Shown in pieces: positions 46,067-56,008 of a DNA stretch of 64,000 nucleotides. The translations under genes and the position numbers were made by a program. Source of the stretch: an uncultured Methanosarcinaceae archaeon (GTDB lineage Archaea; Halobacteriota; Methanosarcinia; Methanosarcinales; Methanosarcinaceae). Location: NCBI GenBank assembly GCA_963847185.1, contig CAWJYV010000010.1:732151-796150 (forward strand). The letters run 5' to 3'. Under the pieces are notes generated by a model. It was not told where the DNA came from and searched no databases. It saw only the letters and a program-made list of their open reading frames with translations. How positions within the stretch are numbered: the first letter of the stretch is position 1; every line of letters begins with the position of its first letter.

Positions 46067-47379
46067 ACGTTTCTGTGTTCGGCCTCGGGTACGTCGGGTG
46101 TGTCTCGGCCGCAGCGCTGGCCGCCGACGGCCACCGGGTCATCGGCGTGGACGTCAACCCGGACAAGGTCCGCAGCGTGGCCGAAGGCCACAGCCCGATC
46201 GTCGAGCCCGGGCTCGACGATCTGATAGGCGAAGTTTCCGCCGCTGGCCGGCTGCGCGCGACGACCGACACGGCCGAAGCGGTGCGCGCCAGCGAAGTCT
46301 CGCTGTTGTGCGTCGGCACACCGAGCAGGAAGAACGGCAGCCTGGACCTGACGTATCTCGAGCGGGTATCGACTGAGGTCGGAGAGCAGCTGCGGGCAAA
46401 ACCGGCGTACCACGTCGTCGTCGTGCGTAGCACGGTGCTCCCAGGCACGACGCACGAAGTGGTGATCCCCGCGCTGGAAAAGGCCTCGGGCAAGAAGTAC
46501 GGCGAGGGCTTCGGCGTCGCCGTCAACCCCGAGTTCCTCCGCGAGGGCAGCGCGTTGCGAGACTTCCGCCAGCCGCCCCTCACGCTGGTCGGCCATAACC
46601 ACGCGGCCGACGCGAGCGGCGCCATCGCGCTCTACGAGCGCGTGGACGCACCTCTCGTCAGCACGAGCATCCGCGTCGCGGAGATGATGAAGTACGCGAG
46701 CAACTCGTGGCACGCGCTGAAGGTGGCGTTCGCCAACGAGATCGGCTCGGTCTGCAAGCGGCTTGGGGTGGACAGCCACGAGGTGATGGACATCTTCTGC
46801 CGCGACACGAAACTCAATCTCTCGCCGTACTACTTGAAGCCAGGCTTCGCGTTCGGCGGGTCCTGCCTTCCCAAGGACGTGCGCGCTCTTCAGTACCGCG
46901 CCAAGGAATTGGACGTGGACCTGCCGGTCATCCAGTCGATCCTCCACAGCAACAACGTGCACGTGCAGAGGGCGATCGACGAGGTGGTCGAGACCGGCCG
47001 CAAGCGTATCGGGCTGCTTGGCTTCAGCTTCAAGGCGGGCACCGACGACTTGCGTGAAAGCCCGATGGTCGTCCTCGCCGAAGCGCTGCTGGGCAAGGGC
47101 TACGACCTCAAGATCTACGACCGCAACGTGTCGCTCGCCCGCCTGGTCGGCGCGAACCGCCGGTACATCGACGAGCAGATCCCCCACCTCTCCTCGCTTC
47201 TCTGCGAAACGGTCGAGGAGGTCGTGGACGGCTCGGACGTGATCATCGTCGGCAACGCCGGCGAGGAGTTCACTGATGCGGTTCGCCGCTGCACCGCGCG
47301 GCACATCGTCATCGACCTGGTGCGGCTGCCGCTGCCGCATGGCGAGGTCGAGGCGGACTACCGGGGCATTTGCTGGTAG
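46063..47379 (+). CDS. algD: GDP-mannose 6-dehydrogenase-like nucleotide-sugar dehydrogenase
   Basis: FGLGYVG, NPEFLREG, DTKLNLSPYYLKPGFAFGGSCLPKDVRAL, FKAGTDDLRESP, C-terminal GICW as in AlgD. Confidence 0.8.
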   Translation: MNVSVFGLGYVGCVSAAALAADGHRVIGVDVNPDKVRSVAEGHSPIVEPGLDDLIGEVSAAGRLRATTDTAEAVRASEVSLLCVGTPSRKNGSLDLTYLERVSTEVGEQLRAKPAYHVVVVRSTVLPGTTHEVVIPALEKASGKKYGEGFGVAVNPEFLREGSALRDFRQPPLTLVGHNHAADASGAIALYERVDAPLVSTSIRVAEMMKYASNSWHALKVAFANEIGSVCKRLGVDSHEVMDIFCRDTKLNLSPYYLKPGFAFGGSCLPKDVRALQYRAKELDVDLPVIQSILHSNNVHVQRAIDEVVETGRKRIGLLGFSFKAGTDDLRESPMVVLAEALLGKGYDLKIYDRNVSLARLVGANRRYIDEQIPHLSSLLCETVEEVVDGSDVIIVGNAGEEFTDAVRRCTARHIVIDLVRLPLPHGEVEADYRGICW

Positions 47380-47398
47380 GGCGGGCTAAACTGGTCGC

Positions 47399-48130
47399 GT
47401 GACGTCTCAATCGCCGCCCGTTCCCCGGTTTACGCCGAAGACGCTGTCGTTCCTGCGGTCGCTCAAGCGGCACAACGACCGCGAGTGGTTCAACGCGCAC
47501 AGGGACGAGTACGAACGCGAGGTGAAGGCCCGGATGCTGGCGCTCGTCGAGCGCCTCGCGGTGGATCTCGCGGCCTTCGCCCCGGAACTCGAGGCCTCGC
47601 CCCGCGCCTCGCTTTTCCGGGTCTACCGGGACACCCGCTTCAGCGAGGACAAGTCTCCGTTCAAGACCGAGGTTGGCTGCCTGCTGCCCCACCGCGAGCT
47701 TCCGAAGCATCGCGGAGCGTGCCTGTACCTTCAGGTTGGTCCTGCCGGGGCCATGGTGTTTGGAGGCATGTACCGCCCGGAGCCGGCAGACCTGCAAGCC
47801 GTTCGCGAGCATCTTGCCGCGAACTTCAGCCGCTTCCGTGCGATCAACGAGTCGCCGACGTTCCGGCGAAGCGCCGGGCCCGTCGAGGGCGAGTCGCTCC
47901 GCCGCGTGCCGCGCGGCTTCCCCGCCGACCACCCGGCCGCTGAGTTTTTGAAGCTGAAACAGTATCTCTTCGGCCGCGACTTCCCGGCCGCGTTCGCCGT
48001 GAGCCCGAGCTACTACCGAGAGGCGGTCGCGCTGATGCGACGGATGATGCCGATGGTCCGCTTTCTCAATGAGCCGCTCGTCGCACGGGCGGCCGGCCGC
48101 GATCCGCTCCATCGGCAGGAGGCGAGTTGA
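47399..48130 (+). CDS. DUF2461 family protein
   Basis: LKRHNDREWFNAHR, FRVYRDTRFSEDKSPFKT, LRRVPRGFPADHP. Confidence 0.88.
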   Translation: MTSQSPPVPRFTPKTLSFLRSLKRHNDREWFNAHRDEYEREVKARMLALVERLAVDLAAFAPELEASPRASLFRVYRDTRFSEDKSPFKTEVGCLLPHRELPKHRGACLYLQVGPAGAMVFGGMYRPEPADLQAVREHLAANFSRFRAINESPTFRRSAGPVEGESLRRVPRGFPADHPAAEFLKLKQYLFGRDFPAAFAVSPSYYREAVALMRRMMPMVRFLNEPLVARAAGRDPLHRQEAS

Positions 48131-48149
48131 GTCCTCCGACGCCGGGAGC

Positions 48150-50420
48150 CTACCGGATCTCGTCCCACTTCCTTCCCGCCGCCAGTTGCTCGGCGTAGCA
48201 CGCCGCCGCGCGGCCGTAGGCGTCGCGCATCGCTTCTGCCGACGCCAGCCGCCGCATCTCCTCGTCGGAAGGACACGACCGCGTCGCGGCCGGGGCAGCG
48301 GTGCGATCAACCGCCTCGTCTTTCTGAAGGGGGATCTCGCTCGACACGTACATCGCCGCGGCCTCCCGTACCCAGCGCGGGCGATTTTTCAGGCGGTCGC
48401 CGATGACGACGTGGGCAATTTCGTGGCGGAGCGTGCGCTCGAAGCTGCCGCGTTGACGAAGCACCGACGGGGGCAGCAAGTCGACCTTGGTGCCCTGCGT
48501 CCAGCCGGCGGTCCACCAGGGCTGGCTGGTCGCGCGGAGGTACGACTCCACGGTCGGATGGAAGACGAGCGAGACGACAGCCGGCATCGCCACGGCCAGG
48601 CGGGTCGAGTAGTCCTTGAGCCAGCGGCGCGCCAACGCGGCAGCGACCTCACGGTCGCGCTCCGCGCCCGCGGGCACCGTCACTTCCACGCGAGGATCGG
48701 GAACGGAGGCCGCCCCAACCGTCGTTCCTGGGAAGTAGGTTGCCAGGATCGAGTCAGCCGTCGTGCCGGACGCCGCCGCGCGCGCGGCCCCCATCAGGCA
48801 CAGACCTACGCCGGCGCCCGTGCCGTAGCCCTCGAAGCGATAGCCGGCCGTCGTGCGCGTGACGTTGAATCGGGCGCTCTTCAACAACTGCGACCCGAGC
48901 GTGCGGCCAATGGCCTCGCGGAACGCCTCGCCGTCGATCTCCCGCGGCTCGAAGCCGCTCACCGCGATCCATGCCGCGCGGCCGGCGGCCGTTCGCGACC
49001 GCACCCAGAGGTTCCGAATCTCCTGCCCGCGCATGCCGGCGGACCGGAGCGCACGTGCCAGGCTCGCCGTCGGAATCTCACTCGTCCAGCGCGAGGGCGC
49101 ACGGCACTGATCTTCGAAGCGAGAAGGCATGTAAGACGCGTCCACCACGCCCTTCCACACCTGACCGGGCCGATCCGTCTGGCCGCCGCACGAGGGAGTG
49201 TAGGAGACGGACGCCAGGTTCGACCCGAAGCGAAGCACCTGCCCTCTCGTCGCCTCCGCCGCACGACGGCCGGCCGACGTGGCACGGCCGGCCACCAGGC
49301 AGTGCGCGCGATCGCAGAGGTCGAACCCTTCCGCCCGATGGCGTTCCCGGTTCGCGAGGGCGAAGGTGCGGGCGACGATGGCGAGCGCCTTGCGCGCTTC
49401 GAGGCCATCGGTCGCCTCGGCCGCCACGACGCGGGCGACGTACTCCTCTAGCCCGACCGTCTCGATCTCGTATCGCCCAGCCGCGCGGGATCGCCCCACG
49501 CGTACCTTCACCTCCTGAACCGGTTCGACCTTCTGCACGGTCGGCCGAACGAGCGCCTCTTGCAGTCGGTCGGCGGCCGCCGCCACAGCATCGGTCCCGG
49601 AGGAACTCTGCGACACGACGACGACGCCAACCCTGGGATTGTCGGCGGGCGCCAGCGCAACGACGAGTGTGAGGTAGCGGCCGCCGGGGATGGGCGCGAT
49701 GCTCGTTGTCGCCAGGGCGGTTATCGCATGCGCCCTGATCGCGGCCGCCGGCCCGTACTCGGTCGCACCTCGCGATGCCTCGACGATGAGGCGGCGCGAC
49801 GCATCGGGGATCCGGGCCGCCGCGGTTCCCGGGAGGCCGGGTGCGGGAACCCCCACGGCACGGACAAAGGCATTCAACAACTGCTCGGGGCTGCTACGGA
49901 CGCCGCGAATGCCGAGCGCGGCAATGCCGAGTGGCACGCCCGGGTCCGACGGCGCCAGGCCCAGGGACACGAGCGCCCGATCAAGGCCCTCGCGGCTCAA
50001 CCCCGACGCGATCGACGCGAGCGCGTAGTTGCAGGAGTGAGCGAGCACCTCGGCCAACGTCAGCGGGTGAGCGAGAGAAGGGTGCGAGCAGGTGACGGCC
50101 TCGCCATCGACCACGCCGCGGCGGCGGCACACGAAGGTCGCGCCCGGTTCGAGGCTGCGTGACTCGAGCGCCGCCAACACGGTGGCGATCTTCGCGATGG
50201 CTCCGGGCGCCACTGCCTGGCGAATGACGTCTTCGCGCCTCACACCCAGCCGGCGGCCCGTCTGCAGGTCGACGACCAGGTAGGCCGGCACCGATGCGCG
50301 AGGCGCGGCACGACCGGCCTGCGAGCCGGCAACCGGCGGCGGGGCCTGCGCCCCCAGTGGCGCAAGCGTGCCGGCCCAGACGGCGATGACGGCAACGCAG
50401 CGAAGCGCGCTGATGGTCAT
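48150..50420 (-). CDS. Exported SpoIID/LytB-domain protein with N-terminal transpeptidase-like and C-terminal HExxH peptidase-like domains
   Basis: Signal peptide; PGAIAKIAT and LAHSCN; LEEYVARVVAAE, KALAIVARTFA, GFDLCD, SCGGQT, GVGLC; LRHEIAH...WVREAAA. Confidence 0.8.
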   Translation of the reverse strand: MTISALRCVAVIAVWAGTLAPLGAQAPPPVAGSQAGRAAPRASVPAYLVVDLQTGRRLGVRREDVIRQAVAPGAIAKIATVLAALESRSLEPGATFVCRRRGVVDGEAVTCSHPSLAHPLTLAEVLAHSCNYALASIASGLSREGLDRALVSLGLAPSDPGVPLGIAALGIRGVRSSPEQLLNAFVRAVGVPAPGLPGTAAARIPDASRRLIVEASRGATEYGPAAAIRAHAITALATTSIAPIPGGRYLTLVVALAPADNPRVGVVVVSQSSSGTDAVAAAADRLQEALVRPTVQKVEPVQEVKVRVGRSRAAGRYEIETVGLEEYVARVVAAEATDGLEARKALAIVARTFALANRERHRAEGFDLCDRAHCLVAGRATSAGRRAAEATRGQVLRFGSNLASVSYTPSCGGQTDRPGQVWKGVVDASYMPSRFEDQCRAPSRWTSEIPTASLARALRSAGMRGQEIRNLWVRSRTAAGRAAWIAVSGFEPREIDGEAFREAIGRTLGSQLLKSARFNVTRTTAGYRFEGYGTGAGVGLCLMGAARAAASGTTADSILATYFPGTTVGAASVPDPRVEVTVPAGAERDREVAAALARRWLKDYSTRLAVAMPAVVSLVFHPTVESYLRATSQPWWTAGWTQGTKVDLLPPSVLRQRGSFERTLRHEIAHVVIGDRLKNRPRWVREAAAMYVSSEIPLQKDEAVDRTAAPAATRSCPSDEEMRRLASAEAMRDAYGRAAACYAEQLAAGRKWDEIR

Positions 50421-51073
50421 GACGGTGCCAGCCCGAGGAACTCCGCGCTCTCCCGCCAGACTTGCGGCAAGTGCCCCTGCAGCTGATGGTCGTCGTCGAG
50501 CAGCCGAAGCCGCACGTTGGGCCGGGCTGCGGTGAACGCGATCACGCCCGACGCGGGCACCACGACGTCCTGCCGGCCTTGAAATATCAGGACGGGAACC
50601 TCCAGCCGCACGGTGTTGGAGTTGTACTGCCTCGCGTCCTCGTAGAGCGCGAAGCCGATGTCCATCGGCCGGCCGTACCCGTAGTGGAAGATCTCGCGCC
50701 GCCCCTTCCGGCGCCACTCGCCCACGATTGCGTCCATGCGGCCGTCAGCGCCGAAATCGAGAGCCGGCGCGAGCAGCACGAGGTGGGTGACCGGACGCGG
50801 CTGGCCGGAGACGCGGTTGCGGCGATCGGCCGCGTGCCAGGCGACGAACCCGCCGAGACTCGATCCGACCAGGGCGACGGGGCCGGCCGGCCGCGTGTCG
50901 ATCAGCGCGTCGAGCTGATCGAGCATGCGCGTCACGGTCAGCGACTCGAAGTCCGGCAGGTTGAAATCCGGCGTTTCGAGCGCGACGCCCCGTGCAGCGA
51001 GCCGGTCGCGGTAGAAGCGCGCCTTGCCCGACACCGGCGACGAGGCAAAGCCGTGGAGGTAGAACAGTTGCAT
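50417..51073 (-). CDS. YqiA/YcfP (UPF0227) alpha/beta hydrolase
   Basis: YLHGFASSP, GSSLGG, LLAPA, QDVVVP, DDDHQL. Confidence 0.9.
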   Translation of the reverse strand: MQLFYLHGFASSPVSGKARFYRDRLAARGVALETPDFNLPDFESLTVTRMLDQLDALIDTRPAGPVALVGSSLGGFVAWHAADRRNRVSGQPRPVTHLVLLAPALDFGADGRMDAIVGEWRRKGRREIFHYGYGRPMDIGFALYEDARQYNSNTVRLEVPVLIFQGRQDVVVPASGVIAFTAARPNVRLRLLDDDHQLQGHLPQVWRESAEFLGLAPS

Positions 51074-51174
51074 GGCTACGCGAGTGGATGCAGGAACCAG
51101 GATGCGAGGGGGCGCTCCGCCGAGGGGGCGCAGTCCATTCTACATTCGACGTTGCGCGTGCGCCATCCGGCATT

Positions 51175-51576
51175 CTACAGGCGGGTCTTGCATCCCGGGC
51201 GGCACCGGCACGTGATGCTCTTGGCGCCATCCGTCTGATAGTTGTAGGTCAGTTCCTCGCCCGGCTCGATGGTCTTCGCCGCGCGGATCCAGATGACGTT
51301 GTCGACGATCTGCGCGTAGCAGTTGGGCGTGCAGGAGTGGTTGATGAACCGGGCGAGGTTGCCGTTGACCGAGCCGTCGATCACCCAGCGCGTGTTGAGG
51401 CGGAAGCACCAGATCCGTCCCTCATCGAGATACTGCGCCTCGCGCCGGCGGCTCTCCTTGTGGGTGATCTTCTCGCCCTCGTAGTGGATAATGCGCTTGT
51501 TCTTGGGGATGCGCTCGGTCGCAAACACCCCCCAGCCATGCAGCTTCGACCGGCGCCGTGCAATCATCCCACTCAT
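51175..51576 (-). CDS. SET-domain protein-lysine methyltransferase
   Basis: SKLHGWGVFA, ARFINHSCTPNC, GEELTYNY, post-SET CRCRPGC. Confidence 0.92.
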   Translation of the reverse strand: MSGMIARRRSKLHGWGVFATERIPKNKRIIHYEGEKITHKESRRREAQYLDEGRIWCFRLNTRWVIDGSVNGNLARFINHSCTPNCYAQIVDNVIWIRAAKTIEPGEELTYNYQTDGAKSITCRCRPGCKTRL

Positions 51577-51611
51577 TGTAGCCGATGGTGATCGGCTGCC
51601 CGAGGTGACCC

Positions 51612-52847
51612 ATGCGCCTGCTCGTCTTCTTCGTCGTCGCCGCCGCGCTGATCGTGCCGTGCCTCGCCGTAATGGCGTCGCCCCAGGGCGCTGCCCCTGC
51701 ACCGCCCTTCAGCGCCGCAGTTGCGGCCGGCGACTTCGTCTACCTTGCGGGCATGCTGCCGATCGAGCCGGCCGGCGAGATTGTCGCCGGCGACATCCGC
51801 GCGCAGACCGCGCGGGTCCTCGACAACCTGGCCGCGCGCCTCAAGGCCGCGGGTCGCGGCATGGAACAGGTGGCGGCCGTCACGGTGTACCTGAAGAACG
51901 CCGCGGACTTCGCCGCGATGAACGAGGTCTACGCGAAATACTGGCCGAAGGACCCGCCGACGCGCACGACCATCGTGGCGAACCTGGTCGTGCCCGAGGC
52001 GCTCGTCGAAGTCGAGCATGGTCGCTCTCCGGGACGGGCGTCGAGCGCGAGGTCGTTCAACCGGAAGGCTGGCTGCGATCGCCGAACCCCTACAGCTACG
52101 CGATCCGGTCGAAGAACACGCTCTTCCTCTCGGGCGTGGTCTCGCGCAACGGCAAGGACAACACCGCCGTGCCGGGCGACATGAAGGCGCAGACGAGACG
52201 CGTCCTGCAGAACGCCGCGGGAGATCCTCCCGGCGGCCGGGATGACATTGGCCGACGTCGTGTCGTCGCGCGTGTACATCACCGACACCGCCATGTTCCA
52301 GGACATGAATGCGGTTTACCGCGACCGGCTTCCCGCAACGCCGCCCGCCCGCGCCACGGTCCGATGCGGGCTCATGAACAAGGACTACCTCGTGGAGATC
52401 ACGATGCTCGCCGTCAAGGAGCAGCCGCAAGGCCGTGACTTCCGTCGCGCCCGCCGCCTCCGCCGGCGGGCACGCCGTCTGGCACCGTCGTCCGCCCGAT
52501 GCTGAGCTCGGCCATCGGCGTCGGGGATCGCCTGTTCCTCTCGGGCATGCTCGGGCAGCACCGACGCAACAAGGGTGATGCCGCCGCCCAGACGCGCGAC
52601 ACGCTCGCGCGCATCGGCCGGACGCTAAGGCGGATGCGGGCTTTGGGTGGAGCGACGTCGTGGACGCGGTCGTCTACCTGCCGCGACCTCGAAGGACTTC
52701 GCCGCAATGAACGGCGCGTACCGCGAGGTGTTCGGCACCGGAGCGCTCCCGGCCCGGGCGACGATCGAGGCCGGGCTGGTGGCGCCCGACGGCCTGGTGG
52801 AAATCATGATGACAGCGGTGAAGGGCGAGAAGCGCTACATCCGCTGA
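51612..52847 (+). CDS. Exported RidA/YjgF family protein with three tandem domains (several indels)
   Basis: Signal peptide; three modules ending PPTRTTI..LVE, PPARATV..LVEI and LPARATI..LVEI. Confidence 0.8.
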
Positions 52848-52923
52848 CCACGTCGCGTGTCGGGAACGGTCTTCGTGGTAGACCCGACTCCTGAATCCCG
52901 AATCCTGGATGTAAGATACCGCC

Positions 52924-53419
52924 ATGCCATCGTTCGACGTCACCTCGAAGGTGGACCTCCAGGAGGTCGACAACGCCGTCAACCAGGCCCGCAAGGAGGT
53001 CGGTCAGCGGTACGACTTCAAGGGGTCGAAGGCGTCCATCGATTTCGACCGCACCGAGGGCACACTGACGCTTACCGCCGACGACGAGTTCAAGATGCAG
53101 GCGCTGTGGGAGGTGCTCGAGACGCGCCTGGTGCGGCGGAAGGTGCCGATGAAGAACATGAAGCGGGGCGAGATCGAGCGCGGCGCCAACGACACCGTCC
53201 GGCGCGTGGTGACGCTCCAGCAGGGCATCCCGACCGAGGCCGGCGCGCGAGATCGTCAAGTTCCTCAAGGACCGCAAGCTCAAGAAGGTGCAGCCGGCCA
53301 TCCAGGGCGACCAGCTGCGGATTTCGTCGGCGTCGCGCGACGAGCTCCAAGGGGTAATGGCGCTGCTGCGCGAACAGGACTTCGGCGTCGAGCTGCAGTT
53401 CGGGAACTACCGGGAGTAG
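52924..53419 (+). CDS. yajQ: YajQ family nucleotide/c-di-GMP-binding protein (indel ~53245)
   Basis: MPSFDVTSKVDLQEVDNAVNQARKEVGQRYDFKGS; tail IQGDQLR...LQFGNYRE in the shifted frame. Confidence 0.92.
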
Positions 53420-53488
53420 CGGTCTCTAGACAGCCCATCAAAACCCCGATCCTCGCCCGCCTTCTTGGTTCGTGTATCATGCCGCGCC

Positions 53489-54488
53489 ATGGCAGATGCA
53501 ATCGCGGTGAGCCACGTCAACAAGACGTTCGGCGACGCCGTCGCCGTCCGCGACCTCGACCTCGTCGTGCCCGCAGGGCGCCCTCTACGGCGTCATCGGC
53601 CCGAACGGCGCGGGCAAGACGACGATGATCCGGATGATCCTGTCGATCCTCTTTCCGGATCAGCGGGGAGCTGACCGTGCTCGGCCGGCCGTCGGCGCTC
53701 GAGGCCAAGGACCGGATCGGCTACCTGCCCGAGGAGCGCGGCCTCTACAAGAAGATGCGTGTCGGCGAGTTCCTCGATCTACCTGGCGCAGCTCAAGGGC
53801 ATGGAGGACGGGACCGGCGTCGCAGCAGCAGGTGACGCGAGTGGCTCGAGCGCGTGGAACTCGGCGAGTCGAGCAGAAGCGGTGCGAGGAACTCTCCAAG
53901 GGGATGCAGCAGAAGGTGCAGTTCGTCGCGGCGGTGATCCACCAGCCCGACCTGCTGATCCTCGACGAACCGTTCAGCGGCCTGGACCCGGTCAACCAGC
54001 GCCTGATGCGCGACCTCGTTCTCGAGGAGCACCGCCGCGGCGCGACCGTGCTCTTCTCCACGCACATCATGACGCACGCCGAGCAGCTCTGCGATCACGT
54101 GGTCATGATCCACCGTGGCGAGAAGGTGCTCGACCAGACAATGGCGCGTCCATCGCGCGGCATGTTCGACCCGCGCCGCATCGTGTTCGAGCCGCTCGAC
54201 CCTTCGGCGAACGTTCAGCGCGCTGCGCTCCGTCGCCGGGTGTGGCCGGGCTCTCGCGCGGACGGCACCGGCCTGGGACATCGTCGCTCGATGAGGCGGC
54301 GACAGCCGGCGACGGTCATCCCCGCGATCGTCGCGTCGATTGTGCCCTCCCGCGTCGAGGTGCGCCGGCCGACGCTGGAGGACGTCTTCGTCAGCATCGT
54401 GTCGCGCACCAGCGACAGCGAGACCGACGACGCGCGGCTGCGAGCGGCGCTGCGCGACGGCGCGGCCGTCCAGGAGGTGAGGCGGTGA
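53489..54488 (+). CDS. ABC transporter ATP-binding protein (NatA-like; many indels)
   Basis: GPNGAGKTT, GYLPEERGLY, LSKGMQQKVQF, LILDEPFSGLDP, FSTH. Confidence 0.88.
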
Positions 54489-55894
54489 GGAAGATGCTTC
54501 TACGTCGCGAGCCGGGAGTTCCTGGCGACGGTGATGACCAAGGGCTTCGTCTTCGGCATGCTCATCACGCCGGCGCTGATCGGTCTTGTTGATGTTCCTC
54601 ATGCCGCGCATGATGCTGAAGGCGCCGCCGAAGATCGCGGGCCAGGTCGTGGTGGTCGATCCGACCGGCCGCGTGGCGGGGAGGTCTGGCGGCGTACCTC
54701 GCGCCTGAGCGGTTCGCCGAGCGGCGCGCGAAGGAACGGACGCGACATCGAGGAGAAGACGCCCGAGGCGGTCCGCCGCCAGGTGCAGGCGTCCCCGGCC
54801 GCCGACGCGGCGATGCGACAGTCGCTCGACGTCGCGCTGGGCGAGGTGCCGCACCTCGCCGTGGTGACACTGCCGCGACGGCCGACGTCGAGGCAGCGAA
54901 GGAGCCGCTGAAGATCGGCGCTGCGCAAGGAGGGCGCGGACGCCTCGACACCAGCTCGCGCTGTCGTCGTCGTGCATCCGGACGCCGTGATGCGCGAGCC
55001 AGGGCGGGAGAAGTTCGGCACCTACGACCTTACATCCGGGCAAGCTGGACGACCGGCTGATCGACGACCTGCACGATGGCCTGCGGGAGGCGATTGTTGC
55101 CGCGCGGCTGCAGGCGGCGGCATCGACCCGGACCGGATCAAGAGGCCTCACCGACGTCGAGCGGCCGGAGTCGAAGCACCGTGACGTGCCGAGGGCGAGC
55201 GGACCACCAACACGGTGCTGAACACCTGCTGCCCGCCGCGTTCATGGTCCTCCTGCTCATGTCGGTCATGACCAGCGGGCAGTACCTGCTGACGTCCACG
55301 GTCGAGGAGAAGTCGAACCGCGTCGTGGAGGTGCTGCTGTCGGCGGTGTCCCCGATGGAGCTGATGACCGGCAAGATCCTCGGGCAGATGGCGGTTGGCT
55401 TGCTCGTCCTGCTGCTCTACGCCGGCCTCGGACTGGCCGCCCTCGTGTCGTTCGCGACGCTTGGCCTGCTCGACCCGGTGCTGGTCGTCTACCTGCTGAT
55501 CTTCTACGTGCTGGCCTACTTCACCTTCGCCGCGATGATGGCGGCGGTCGGGTCGGCGGTGAACGAGATGCGCGAGGCGCAGACGCTGAGATGCCGGTCA
55601 TGATGTTCCTGATGGTTCCGTGGATGCTGTGGATGCCGATCAGCCGCGAGCCCAACTCGATGCTGGCGCTCGTCCTCAGCTTCATCCCGCCGCTCGGCAA
55701 CTTCGTGATGCTGCTGCGGATGACGTCCACGCTCGCCGCCGCCGGCCTGGCAGGCCTGGCTGGCAATCGCGGTCGGCGCGGTCGGCGTCTACGCCGCGAT
55801 GTGGTTTGCGGCGAAGGTGTTCCGCGTCGGCCTGTTGATGTTCGGCAAGCCGCCGTCGTTCGGAACGCTCGTGAAATGGGCGCGTATGTCGTAG
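54485..55894 (+). CDS. ABC-2 type permease (NatB-like; many indels)
   Basis: TKGFVFGMLITP, STVEEKSNRVVEVLLSAVSPMELMTGKILG, SFIPP. Confidence 0.85.
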
Positions 55895-55908
55895 GCCGAG
55901 TGGCCGTA

Positions 55909-55982
55909 ACCGCCGAGGCGCCGAGGACGCCGAGGCGGAGTGCTTGAAGAGACGTGTGCGTTCTCTGCGCCTTGCGGCGAAT
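55909..55982. repeat. CGCCGAGG/CGCAGAG-type imperfect inverted-repeat element between convergent genes
   Basis: ACCGCCGAGGCGCCGAGGACGCCGAGG ... TTCTCTGCGCCTTGCGGCG; related to 61505-61572. Confidence 0.55.
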
Positions 55983-56008
55983 CATGCCGGCCGGCTGGTA
56001 CCAGCAGG

